Part shown: in pieces, positions 63,860 to 64,000 of the stretch
Position numbering within the stretch: position 1 is the first letter of the stretch
How the letters are laid out: the number at the start of each line of letters is the position of its first letter
NCBI GenBank assembly: GCA_002633005.1
Contig: NMRA01000145.1
Coordinates: 533,873 to 597,872 of the forward strand
DNA from: Phoronis australis
Taxonomy: Eukaryota > Animalia > Phoronida
DNA length: 64,000 nucleotides
Reading direction: 5' to 3'
Notes under the pieces: model-generated
The model's input: only the letters and a program-made list of their open reading frames with translations
What the model was told of the DNA's origin: nothing
The model's database searches: none
Position numbers and translations under genes: made by a program

Positions 63860-64000
63860 CTGTTGTTAGAAGAGTTAAAATCAAGTCAGTATTTGCAAAC
63901 TTCATTAAGAAGTAAAGGTAGTCCGGAAAGAAACAGGAGTTATCCGAACAAACAAATATAACATTTCAGTTTGCTAGCATAGTACAGAACGTGCAAGAAC

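Overview
This is AT-rich eukaryotic DNA from an invertebrate animal, probably marine (inferred from GT-AG introns, a CLCA gene and animal-type transposons). It is not prokaryotic, and there is no CRISPR array or rRNA/tRNA gene. Four host genes lie on the minus strand: an intronless sulfotransferase-fold gene (3280-4629), a 1.76-kb open exon encoding a TPR-repeat plus C-terminal TIR-domain protein (37556-39331), a complete 13-exon CLCA gene reconstructed by hand (44438-56661, about 1088 aa), and the last three exons of a coiled-coil protein gene (60832-63859). The intergenic space is packed with non-autonomous transposons. These are two inverted copies of a 3.6-3.7 kb EnSpm/CACTA-type element with different 2-bp TSDs, five TTAA-flanked Kolobok-type elements (three with THAP relics), a P-element-like element with a spliced THAP gene, a triple head-to-tail Helentron/HINE array, Harbinger-type MITEs and a SINE. 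Two near-identical tandem duplications next to single N bases are probably uncollapsed haplotypes. The most interesting candidate is the IFIT/TTC22-like TPR-TIR protein, whose TIR domain appears non-catalytic. All family assignments come from reading motifs by eye; no searches were run.
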